Program-made: the position numbers and the translations under genes
The notes under the pieces: model-generated
Databases searched by the model: none
Seen by the model: only the letters and a program-made list of their open reading frames with translations
Told to the model about the DNA's origin: nothing
Shown here: positions 56,601 to 64,000 of the stretch, one piece after another
Layout: each line of letters opens with the position of its first letter
How positions within the stretch are numbered: position 1 is the stretch's first letter
Assembly (NCBI GenBank): GCA_015060965.1
Contig: SUXN01000012.1
Coordinates: forward strand, 10 to 64,009
DNA length: 64,000 nucleotides
Direction: 5' to 3'
Source: Bacteroidales bacterium
GTDB lineage: Bacteria > Bacteroidota > Bacteroidia > Bacteroidales > Bacteroidaceae

Positions 56601-56940
56601 CATCCACGCAGACGCTCTCAAGTCTTGGACACCTGAGAACAACTCTAATATTCCACGCTTCCAGTACGATGACAGCTACACAGCAGGTACATCAGACCGT
56701 TTCTTGACAGATGCTTCTTACCTCAGCCTCAACAACATCAACTTCGGTTACACATTCTCTAAGATGCTTACCAAGAAGTTCGGTGTAGAGAGACTCCGTC
56801 TGTACGTTGCAGCTGACAACATCTGGGTATGGTCAAAGCGTCAGGGTCTTGACCCACGTCAGAGCATCACAGGTTCTGCTACAGGTTCATACTACGCTCC
56901 TATCCGCACAATCTCAGGTGGTGTAACATTAACATTCTAA
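53656..56940 (+). CDS. SusC/RagA-family TonB-dependent outer membrane transporter
   Basis: Signal peptide, carboxypeptidase-regulatory-like domain (VTGKVTDTNGEAVIGASVYV), plug (TonB box region DEVVYVAYGT) and a 22-strand-barrel-sized C-terminus ending TF. Confidence 0.95.
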   Translation: MKRVLFLLTVILMGIGTIAAQSAKVTGKVTDTNGEAVIGASVYVIGTNVGANTDIEGNFTIENVPSSATTLRVSYIGMTTQEVHILKGKPMKIVLVEDGIALDEVVYVAYGTAKKSQFTGSAAVVKSDEIGKIQTSNAANALTGKMAGVQLTNASGQPGTTTPTIRVRGISSINAGNAPLIILDGAPYDGDMNNINAQDIESMTVLKDAASNALYGARGANGVIMITTKKGSSGSARVTFDAKWGSNSRATQDYDYIKSPAQYYEVYYGALNSYLMNEQGYSASQAHIAANSLMVGSSSAGLGLNIYTVPEGQYLIGTNGKLNPNATLGRMMTYNGQDYWMIPDDYMDEAYDSSLRQEYNLNITAGNDKSSFYASVNYLDNEGITANSDYERLSGRLKADYKVKNWLKVGANMAYTHYEANSLGEDGASNSSGNIFAYATQVAPIYPLYIRDAQGNILRDANGFKRYDYGDGENAGFKRPFLPSGNPYSSNQLDENSYEGNAINATAFAEVTFLKDFKFTWTSGVNSDETRSTNTTNPYYGTYASSNGMVYKYHTRTISWNHQQLLNWEHSFGNHNIQAMAGHEYFRSKYYYLYAAKENQFDPTNNELAGAITDKSGNSYSTDYNTEGYFGRVMYDYDGRYHLQASYRRDASSRFHKDNRWGNFWSAGFGWVISKEDFFNAQWVDLLKFKASYGEQGNDQIGNYRYTSLSSIINSLGHPATPPGSFGKKDISWETQGNFNAGFDFDLFRGRLSGSVDFFTRKTSDMLLSFPVAPTFGYTSYYANIGDMRNTGFEIDLKGTPIKTKDFEWNVNLNFTTYENKISYLPEERKTKVIDGKGGYTSGSYFYGEDCALYTFQMRKYAGVDPETGKSMWWKNFTDRPVVDAEGNPVYEMVNGAPKLDENGNPIQKLESGREKTTEYEDASYYLCGTALPDAYGGFGTSFAWKGFDLSIDFSFQLGGQVYDSDYAGLMAPPTSTSRGSNIHADALKSWTPENNSNIPRFQYDDSYTAGTSDRFLTDASYLSLNNINFGYTFSKMLTKKFGVERLRLYVAADNIWVWSKRQGLDPRQSITGSATGSYYAPIRTISGGVTLTF

Positions 56941-56960
56941 TCAATTAAACAGAGAATATT

Positions 56961-58565
56961 ATGAAGACTAACATAAACAAATTGTTTGCAGGAATGTTCT
57001 GTGCAGCATGTCTTTTCTCAACGACAAGCTGTATTGACGAAACATTCCCTACAGATTCAGCCACTGCTGAGCAGCTTGCCGCATCGGACAAGGCTACCGA
57101 GGCTATGGTATGGGCAATGCCTGCATTCTTGAACGATTTTGAGACTGTAGCAGGCAATCACTATGAGTGGGGTTACGGTTCAATCATGCACATCCGTGAC
57201 GTGATGACCGGTGATATGACTGTTGTTGCAACTGGTTATGACTGGTATTCAAACTGGGCTGCCAACAAGAACCAGGGTGAAAATAGTGCAAATACACAGT
57301 TTATCTGGAATTACTACTGGAAATTTGTACAGACTCACAACAACGTAATCAGAACTATCAATCCCGAGAGTGCAACAGACAACCAGCTTGGTATGCTCGG
57401 TGCAGCACAGGCTTACCGCGCTCTGGCTTACCTTGACCTGGCACAGATGTACGAGTTCCTTCCCAACGATGTTACAACCGGTGTAAAGTCAGACACTATT
57501 GACGTTACTTACTACACCGTCCCCATTGTTGATGAGAACACAACTGAGGATATGTCACGTTATAATCCTCGCGTACACCGTGACTCAATGGCCATGTTCA
57601 TCCTCAACGACCTCAACAATGCTGAGAAGAACATTGTACACCTTAGCATAACAGACAAGGTGCTTCCTCACCTTGATGTAGTTTACGGTTTGAAGGCACG
57701 TCTTTACATGTGGATTGGTGACTATGAGAATGCGAAGACATACGCACGTCTTGCAATCGACAACAACACAGGTCACGTAATGAGTCAGAGCGAGTGTCTT
57801 GATACAAAGGCCGGTTTCAACACTGCAGACCCCTGGATGCTTGCATCTATCACAATGAAAGAGGACGCTGTTGTAAAGAGTGGTATCTTGAACTGGGCTT
57901 CTTGGATGTCTCCCGAGGCACAGTACGGTTACAATGCAGCCGGTGCAACTTCAATGATTGATGCTGCTATGTACAATCGTATTAGCAACGGTGACTTCCG
58001 CAAGTTAATGTACAAGGCTCCAGAGGGCCACGCTCTCGAGGCTAAGGTTCCTTACATTGACGCTGTTTGGGCTGCAGAGCTTCCTGAGTACGCAGCAATC
58101 AAGTTCCGCCCCAACGGTGGCGACACACAAGCTTATGCAGTAGGTTCTTCAACTGCATATCCTTTGATGCGTGTTGAGGAGATGTACTTCATTGAGGCTG
58201 AGGCTGCCGAGCACCTTGCCCCAGGTGAGGGTATCGAACTCCTTACTGACTTCATGACAACATACCGTAACCCAGACTACGTTGTAGCTCCCGGTGTAGA
58301 GGCTATCGACGAGATCGTGTTCCAGAAGCGTGTAGAGCTTTGGGGCGAGGGATTGGCATTCTATGACATCAAGCGCCTTGACATGAGCGTCACACGTGGT
58401 TACGAGGGTTCTAATCACGACGCTCAACGCCAGTTCAACACCGATGGCCGCCCAGCTTGGATGAACTATTGCATAGTAATTACCGAGAAGAACAATAACC
58501 TTGCGATTGAAGGCTGGGAGAACCCCGACCCAACAGGAAAATACACACCTTGGACAGGCAACTAA
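56961..58565 (+). CDS. SusD/RagB-family nutrient-binding lipoprotein
   Basis: Lipobox (FSTTSC), TPR-like helical N-terminal half, and a typical position directly after the SusC-like gene. Confidence 0.9.
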   Translation: MKTNINKLFAGMFCAACLFSTTSCIDETFPTDSATAEQLAASDKATEAMVWAMPAFLNDFETVAGNHYEWGYGSIMHIRDVMTGDMTVVATGYDWYSNWAANKNQGENSANTQFIWNYYWKFVQTHNNVIRTINPESATDNQLGMLGAAQAYRALAYLDLAQMYEFLPNDVTTGVKSDTIDVTYYTVPIVDENTTEDMSRYNPRVHRDSMAMFILNDLNNAEKNIVHLSITDKVLPHLDVVYGLKARLYMWIGDYENAKTYARLAIDNNTGHVMSQSECLDTKAGFNTADPWMLASITMKEDAVVKSGILNWASWMSPEAQYGYNAAGATSMIDAAMYNRISNGDFRKLMYKAPEGHALEAKVPYIDAVWAAELPEYAAIKFRPNGGDTQAYAVGSSTAYPLMRVEEMYFIEAEAAEHLAPGEGIELLTDFMTTYRNPDYVVAPGVEAIDEIVFQKRVELWGEGLAFYDIKRLDMSVTRGYEGSNHDAQRQFNTDGRPAWMNYCIVITEKNNNLAIEGWENPDPTGKYTPWTGN

Positions 58566-58584
58566 TCATTAAAACGTGAGAATT

Positions 58585-60450
58585 ATGAAAAAGTTATTCA
58601 AAAACAGTTATATAGCACTTGCTGTACTTGCACTGGGTTTCAGTGCATGTACAGAGGAGGTTGAGTACAACCCCGCAGAGGTTCCTGCTACAGCTCAGGT
58701 ATACTTCTCAAACACAAACGGTGCACAGATTGACCTCGCAAAAGAGGCAAGAAGCTTTGACATTGCAGTCAGCCGCGCAGAAGCCGGTGCAGCAGCAAGC
58801 ATTGACGTATACGTTACTGCAGACGAGTCAGCAAACGCAGTGTTCGATTTCCCCGCTACTGTAGAGTTCGCCGACAGCGCTGTTAGTGCAGTCTACACAG
58901 TAAACGTAAAGGAGGGTGTTGAACTCGAGTACTCAGTATTCCACAACATCAACCTCTCTATCGACGAATCTTTGGCTACACCTTACGGTAACTCTTCTTA
59001 CACATTCCAGGTAGGCGTTCCTGCTCCTTGGAGCGAGTGGGCTGCAATCGAAGGTCATGAAACCGCAACTTACACTTTCACACAGTATGTAAGCGGTAGC
59101 TACCCTGTTGCAGTAAGCTACAGAGAGCATCAGATTGAGACCAACAAAGCACAGTTCATGTTCTACACTACAGGCATCGGTACTTTAAGTGACTTTGTCG
59201 TTGAATACGACAAGAGCACCGGTATGTGTCAGGTTCCTGCAGGACAGGCATTCCTTACACACAGCACTTACGGTCCTGTATTCGTGTCAGACCTTGTAAA
59301 CTATCCATTTGTAATCAAGGATGATGCCGGCAACCCAATTGAGATGACATACGAGAACCAGCCTTGTACATATGATGCAGAGACAGGTCTCTTTACTCTC
59401 AACCTCATTTATTATATTGACAAGAGCCTTGGTTCAAGCGCAAGTGGTTACTTCGCTTATGGAACAGAGACAATCCAGCTCTCAGGCTTCAAGCAGTATG
59501 ACTACAGCCTTGCTATGCAGTACCGTGGTCACTATGTAGACAACAACGGTGTTGACAATGCTGTAATTTCTACCACCATGGGCGCAGACGTAGCTCAGTA
59601 TCTGATGACTGTTGTAAGTGCAGACGAGGACCTCAATGCTACAGTAAGCGGCATGCTCGACGGTTCAGTTCCTTGCGACACATTGTCAGAGAGCGGCTTC
59701 TATGCTTATCCTCTCACAGAGAGCGGCAAATACGTGGCACTTGCTGTCACATTCGACGCCGAAAGTAAGGCTATGGATGCTTACACAGAGGAGTTCGAGT
59801 TCTTTTTGGTAGGCGAGGATAATCCATGGGTATCACTCGGTTATGCATCGTATACAGATGATTTGGTTTTGCCCTTGTTCGGCAATAGCCCAATGACATA
59901 CTATGTAGAGGTACTTGAGAACAAAGACGTGCCAGGTCTCTTCCGTATGGTAGATCCTTATGGTCCTGAGCAGCCATTGTATCCATATGCAAGCTCATAC
60001 GAGGCTGGCAGCTACATTGAGATCGATGCAACAGACCCAGAGGGCGTATGGATTGAGGGCTGGCAGAGCACAGGCCTTGATATTCAGAGCAACGGTCTTA
60101 TGGAGGTTACTTCAATGGCATGGTATCAGGTTGCCAACAACGAGGGTGCTACAAAGGAGGATGTAAAGGGTGCCGGTCTCTGCGGTATCTACGCTGACGG
60201 CGTAATTACATTCCCTGTTGACGGTGTCTTGGTAGGACTTGGTGGCAAGGCATATTATGCAAACCGCAATGGTGCATTTACTCTTGATATGACTAACTTG
60301 CTTGATTCAATTCCTGAGGAAGAAGGTGGTGAGTCAGCAGCTCCTGCTCGCATGGGCATGAAGTTCCATGGCGAGGCTATGGGTAAGGTTACTCGTTTCA
60401 AGAAGATTGACAACACATTCATGAACCTTGTTGAGGCAGAGTTGAACTGA
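58585..60450 (+). CDS. Surface lipoprotein of unknown function (SusE/F-position protein)
   Basis: ATG at 58585 (MKKLFKNSYIALAVLALGFSAC lipobox). Third gene of the locus. I recognise no catalytic motifs. Confidence 0.7.
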   Translation: MKKLFKNSYIALAVLALGFSACTEEVEYNPAEVPATAQVYFSNTNGAQIDLAKEARSFDIAVSRAEAGAAASIDVYVTADESANAVFDFPATVEFADSAVSAVYTVNVKEGVELEYSVFHNINLSIDESLATPYGNSSYTFQVGVPAPWSEWAAIEGHETATYTFTQYVSGSYPVAVSYREHQIETNKAQFMFYTTGIGTLSDFVVEYDKSTGMCQVPAGQAFLTHSTYGPVFVSDLVNYPFVIKDDAGNPIEMTYENQPCTYDAETGLFTLNLIYYIDKSLGSSASGYFAYGTETIQLSGFKQYDYSLAMQYRGHYVDNNGVDNAVISTTMGADVAQYLMTVVSADEDLNATVSGMLDGSVPCDTLSESGFYAYPLTESGKYVALAVTFDAESKAMDAYTEEFEFFLVGEDNPWVSLGYASYTDDLVLPLFGNSPMTYYVEVLENKDVPGLFRMVDPYGPEQPLYPYASSYEAGSYIEIDATDPEGVWIEGWQSTGLDIQSNGLMEVTSMAWYQVANNEGATKEDVKGAGLCGIYADGVITFPVDGVLVGLGGKAYYANRNGAFTLDMTNLLDSIPEEEGGESAAPARMGMKFHGEAMGKVTRFKKIDNTFMNLVEAELN

Positions 60451-60473
60451 TTGTCAATTACAAAATGATAATT

Positions 60474-60506
60474 AAGGTCCCGAGTGAAAAACTCGGGACC
60501 TTTTTT
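60474..60506 (+). terminator. Intrinsic terminator of the SusC/D operon
   Basis: Perfect 12-bp stem (aaggtcccgagt / actcgggacctt) followed by TTTTTT. Confidence 0.8.
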
Positions 60507-60526
60507 GTTGTTATTGCGCCGGGTAA

Positions 60527-60950
60527 GTGGCGCCATTTGATAAAGGCCTAAAGACCTCAAAGCTATTGTCTCCCTGTGTTAGGGAGACAATAGCTTTTTT
60601 ATATTCCTCCCCTGACCTTAGGGGAGGTGCCCTTTAGGGCGGAGGGGTGTGCTTCGTTAACCGCTCCTCGCTCCTCGTTACTCGTTCATCGTTAACCCCT
60701 CACCTCTCACCCTTCACCCTTCACCCTTCACCCTTCACCCCTCACCTCTCACCCTTAACCCCACTCCGTGGGCTTGAGCCTGCTCCCGCTCGTGGTTAAA
60801 GTAAAATGCATTTTACTCTGCTATTAACTTCGTTGATTTTTCGTTCGCTCGTTGCAAAAGCTCAAACAAGTTTGGCTTTTACTCGCTTAACTGAAAAATT
60901 CGCTTACCCGCAGCCTTCACCCATCCCCCTTAACTTTTAACCTTACTCAA
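60527..60950. repeat. Mosaic repeat array R3 (includes C-rich heptamer tract 60686-60757)
   Basis: Shares at least six modules with R1/R2. It contains a 14-bp-stem hairpin (gctattgtctccct-gtgtt-agggagacaatagc, 60562-60594) inserted between two modules that are adjacent in R2. Confidence 0.9.
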
Positions 60951-61026
60951 AATGGCATTTGTGTTAAAAAATCGGCAATTAGGCAAATTTTATCAAACTT
61001 CACAAAACAGGCAAAGATATTTTTTG

Positions 61027-61034
61027 TAATTTTG
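61027..61034 (+). promoter_or_regulatory. -7 promoter box (TAATTTTG)
   Basis: TAnnTTTG match about 90 nt upstream of the ATG at 61126. Confidence 0.45.
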
Positions 61035-61125
61035 CACGATTGAACGTTATTGCAACCAACCTATTTACAAACAGGTTCTCCTTTAAAACTGAGGAACAAA
61101 TTTTTAACCAAACAATATTAAAAAC

Positions 61126-63804
61126 ATGAGAAAATTTACTTCTTTAATGCTGATGCTGCTTTGCGCAGTGACAGCATGGGCAGGCCCAACAGACCTTCCT
61201 GAGATTACAACGGATTTGGAGAATCCGATTTATTACACCATCTACAATACCCGTTCCGGCTCTACTAACAGTGGTGACCGTGTATGGGGACTTGGCGGTC
61301 TCATATACTATGCAGGAGATGAGGTTGGACTAAAAGATGCCGTTGATAACATTACAAGTCTTGATAACAAATATAAGTTCTATTTCACTGGTAGCCACGA
61401 TGCCCTTTACATTCACAATGCCGCTACAGGCAAGAAACTTGCAAGTCTTTCTTCTTGGACAGAAGAAGGCACTGCATGGGCTGTAGGTGTTTCTCCAAAA
61501 GGTAATGGTCTTGCATTCGGCCCTCAGGGAGGTTTGAATAGCAACAATTGCTGGAACGAAAAAAACTACGCAACCGACGCAAGTGAAAGCGACTTTACAA
61601 CTTATAGCGCAAACGATAATGGTTCAGTCTTTGTCGTTGAGCCTGTAAGTGAACACAAGTTCCCTGAAACAGACAAGTTCTACACAATTGAGTGTCCTCT
61701 TTTCTACAATGTTCAAGGCGAAGCAAAAGGCCTTTATGTAGACACAGATGGTTCTATAAAATGGAATACTGTTGACTTGACAAATAAGAACTTCTATTGG
61801 GTCCCAACAATTAAAGACGGTTATGTTGTTCTTAAAAATGTGGGAACAAGCACATATTTGGGAGCTGGTACTATGAGCGAAGATGAGACTCCATGTTATA
61901 TAACACCACTTGGCAGCAATCAATTTGGCATAAAAGGCGATAACTATGTTATACACGCTAATGGTCACGGAAATGGTGCATACGAGAGCGGTAGCTTGGC
62001 GAATTGGGCAAACAATGCAAACACCGCTTCCGCATGGTCGTTTGTTGAGCGTGAGGACCCAGACGCCATTACAGAGGTAACCATTGTCTATAATTTTGTA
62101 TATGAAGGTGAGACAAAATACTCACAGACATATAACACTATTGTGGGACAGGAGTACCTTGCAATTTCTGTTACATTCCCATTCGGTGTTTCTGCTGTTA
62201 AGCCAGAGGGTACAATCTGTGCCGATGACATTGAAGTCATTGATGGCGTAAATACAATAACAAAGGAAATCACTCTTAATATTTCTTTGCCATTTGAATA
62301 TGCAGACAACTATGATAACATCAACAAATGGTACTTCCTGCAGTTCCATGCAACAAGCAAAAACTATCTGTATTATGGTGGTTCTGCCGATGTTCTTGAT
62401 GCTTCAAAGACAACTTTTGACGCTGAGGATGACAACTATTATTGGGGGTTTGTAGGTAACCCATTTGACGGTTACACAGTCGTAAACCGTGGTGCAGGTG
62501 CCGACAAGGCTCTCAACGCAGGCGAGAGTGGTGCTATCGTTGGGGACGAGGCTCAGGTTATGACACTGACAGCCAGTTCACACGCAGAAGATGGTTTCTT
62601 TATGCAGAACCTCACAGGTAGTTACACACAGCGTTTCAACAAACAAAACAATAAGGTAGTATATTGGAGTGGAGCAGATGCAGGTTCTACATTTATGACA
62701 GAAGATCCAGATGAAGCTTTGGTTGCTTTGGTTAACGACTTTAAAACATATGCATCTTCAGGTTTGGGTTACGTAGGCGGTTATACAGTTGATAAGGCTG
62801 ATGCTATCAACGCAATTGAAACTTATGCAGACATGAAAGCATTCAAAGCTGCTAATACACCTATCACATTTGATGAAAGCAAGTATTATCGTATTCAGAA
62901 CGTATACCGCACAACATTTATATCAGTAACCGGCACAGACAGAGTTCTTAAAGCAGAAGACAAAGCTAACGTAAGCCAGCTCTGGCAGATAGAGAATGGA
63001 ACTACTGATGGTAAATACTTTATCAAGAGCCCCAATGCAGGCTACATGCAGGCTGTAGGTACAAACGCACTTGCAGAAAACGGTGCAGAATTCAATATTT
63101 CAAGTTTCGGTGAGGGTTATGGCCAGTATGCTATCAAGAGTGATAATAATATGCTCGCTGGTATCAATGCTTCTACTCTTGGTACATGGTGGAATGGCAC
63201 AATTGACAGCGATATGTCATACCGTTTCATTGAGACAACAGATGTTGAAATCAATATTGATGAATTCGCGTCAATCTATTTGCCATTCGCAGTTGAGGTT
63301 GAGGGTGCTACAGCTTACGCTATCGAGGAGACAAACAGCACTCACGCAATTCTCGCCGAGAAGGCCGACATCCCTGCAAACCAGGGTGCAATCCTTGCTG
63401 GTAACGGCACAGCAAAGCTCAACATCATCAACGATGCAACATCTGACTGGACAAACAACATGCTCAAGGGTTCAACCATTGACACATACGTAGAGGGTCC
63501 TGCATACGTTCTTGGTACAGTAAATGATGTAACAGGCTTATACAAGGCTAAATTGAAGAGAAATGAGAATGGCGAAGAAGATACAACACACTTCAAAAAC
63601 AATGCAAACAAAGCTTATCTTGTAGTTGAGGGTGCATCGGAAAGCGTTTCATACGGTTTGCGTCTGCCAGGTGCAACAGGTATTGAGGAGGTTGTTGTTG
63701 AGAATGGCGTTAAGGCTATCTATGACCTTACAGGCCGCCGCGTTGAGTCAGTAACAGTTCCCGGTATCTACATCGTAAACGGCAAGAAGGTACTTGTAAA
63801 GTAA
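61126..63804 (+). CDS. T9SS-sorted secreted/surface protein with four related internal modules
   Basis: Signal peptide and a C-terminal Por_Secre_tail-type sorting domain (KAIYDLTGRRVESVTVPGIYIVNGKKVLVK). Four modules of about 130 aa each begin with an aromatic-rich strand (IYYTIYN, KFYTIECP, KWYFLQFH, KYYRIQNV). Confidence 0.8.
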   Translation: MRKFTSLMLMLLCAVTAWAGPTDLPEITTDLENPIYYTIYNTRSGSTNSGDRVWGLGGLIYYAGDEVGLKDAVDNITSLDNKYKFYFTGSHDALYIHNAATGKKLASLSSWTEEGTAWAVGVSPKGNGLAFGPQGGLNSNNCWNEKNYATDASESDFTTYSANDNGSVFVVEPVSEHKFPETDKFYTIECPLFYNVQGEAKGLYVDTDGSIKWNTVDLTNKNFYWVPTIKDGYVVLKNVGTSTYLGAGTMSEDETPCYITPLGSNQFGIKGDNYVIHANGHGNGAYESGSLANWANNANTASAWSFVEREDPDAITEVTIVYNFVYEGETKYSQTYNTIVGQEYLAISVTFPFGVSAVKPEGTICADDIEVIDGVNTITKEITLNISLPFEYADNYDNINKWYFLQFHATSKNYLYYGGSADVLDASKTTFDAEDDNYYWGFVGNPFDGYTVVNRGAGADKALNAGESGAIVGDEAQVMTLTASSHAEDGFFMQNLTGSYTQRFNKQNNKVVYWSGADAGSTFMTEDPDEALVALVNDFKTYASSGLGYVGGYTVDKADAINAIETYADMKAFKAANTPITFDESKYYRIQNVYRTTFISVTGTDRVLKAEDKANVSQLWQIENGTTDGKYFIKSPNAGYMQAVGTNALAENGAEFNISSFGEGYGQYAIKSDNNMLAGINASTLGTWWNGTIDSDMSYRFIETTDVEINIDEFASIYLPFAVEVEGATAYAIEETNSTHAILAEKADIPANQGAILAGNGTAKLNIINDATSDWTNNMLKGSTIDTYVEGPAYVLGTVNDVTGLYKAKLKRNENGEEDTTHFKNNANKAYLVVEGASESVSYGLRLPGATGIEEVVVENGVKAIYDLTGRRVESVTVPGIYIVNGKKVLVK

Positions 63805-63817
63805 TTGCAAACAGGTT

Positions 63818-63850
63818 TGTAGAGGGCATCCCTCGCGGATGCCCTCTACA
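63818..63850 (+). terminator. Strong hairpin after the T9SS cargo gene
   Basis: Perfect 14-bp stem (tgtagagggcatcc / ggatgccctctaca). The downstream sequence is A-rich rather than T-rich, so terminator function is less certain. Confidence 0.5.
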
Positions 63851-63950
63851 AGCAAAAATAAAAACATAAAAAAAACAGTTACAAAAGGAACTGTTTGCTG
63901 AGCCCTTTTGTACATTTGTCCAATTAACATTAAAAAGATTATACTACTTA

Positions 63951-64000
63951 TGAAAAAGACTTATGTATCACCTTTTGCAGAAGAGGTAAATATTGAGACA
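63951..64000 (+). CDS. 5' end of an ORF (MKKTYVSPFAEEVNIET...), truncated by window edge
   Basis: ATG at 63951 with an open frame to the window end. Only 16 codons are visible, so no function can be assigned. Confidence 0.3.

Overview
This is a chromosomal segment from a Bacteroidales bacterium, probably Prevotellaceae-like. The supporting evidence is TAnnTTTG-type -7 promoter boxes, a SusC/SusD pair, a T9SS C-terminal sorting domain, a type V (Mfa-like) pilus operon with DUF3575/DUF3868 genes, and TamA/TamB. Most of the window is housekeeping: a tRNA-Glu/Ser array, nadC, rlmH, pepD, aspA, initiator tRNA, aspS, clpC, tRNA-His, pepP and an M16 peptidase. Three accessory blocks stand out. (1) 28.4-42.3 kb holds a seven-gene type V pilus operon, an orphan Cys-rich ORF and a membrane-embedded AraC-type regulator, with two clusters of a 21-bp-phased motif in the promoter regions. 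(2) 50.9-53.2 kb and 60.5-61.0 kb hold a mosaic family of short hairpin modules and GGGTGAA heptamer tracts. It includes a 161-bp inverted repeat (160/161 identical) bracketing a nucleotidyltransferase gene, and 133-bp tandem repeats. (3) 53.6-63.8 kb holds a SusC/SusD locus without recognisable glycoside hydrolases or a sensor, followed by a T9SS-sorted protein with a four-fold internal repeat. At the left edge, two near-identical tRNA-Glu-derived chimeric elements sit between intact tRNA-Glu genes. I found no cas genes, integrases, transposases, reverse transcriptases or recognisable defence genes. The most unusual signals are therefore non-coding: the mosaic repeats and inverted repeat, the tRNA-like elements and the phased operator-like repeats. 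All of these come from reading the sequence by eye and need computational and experimental confirmation.
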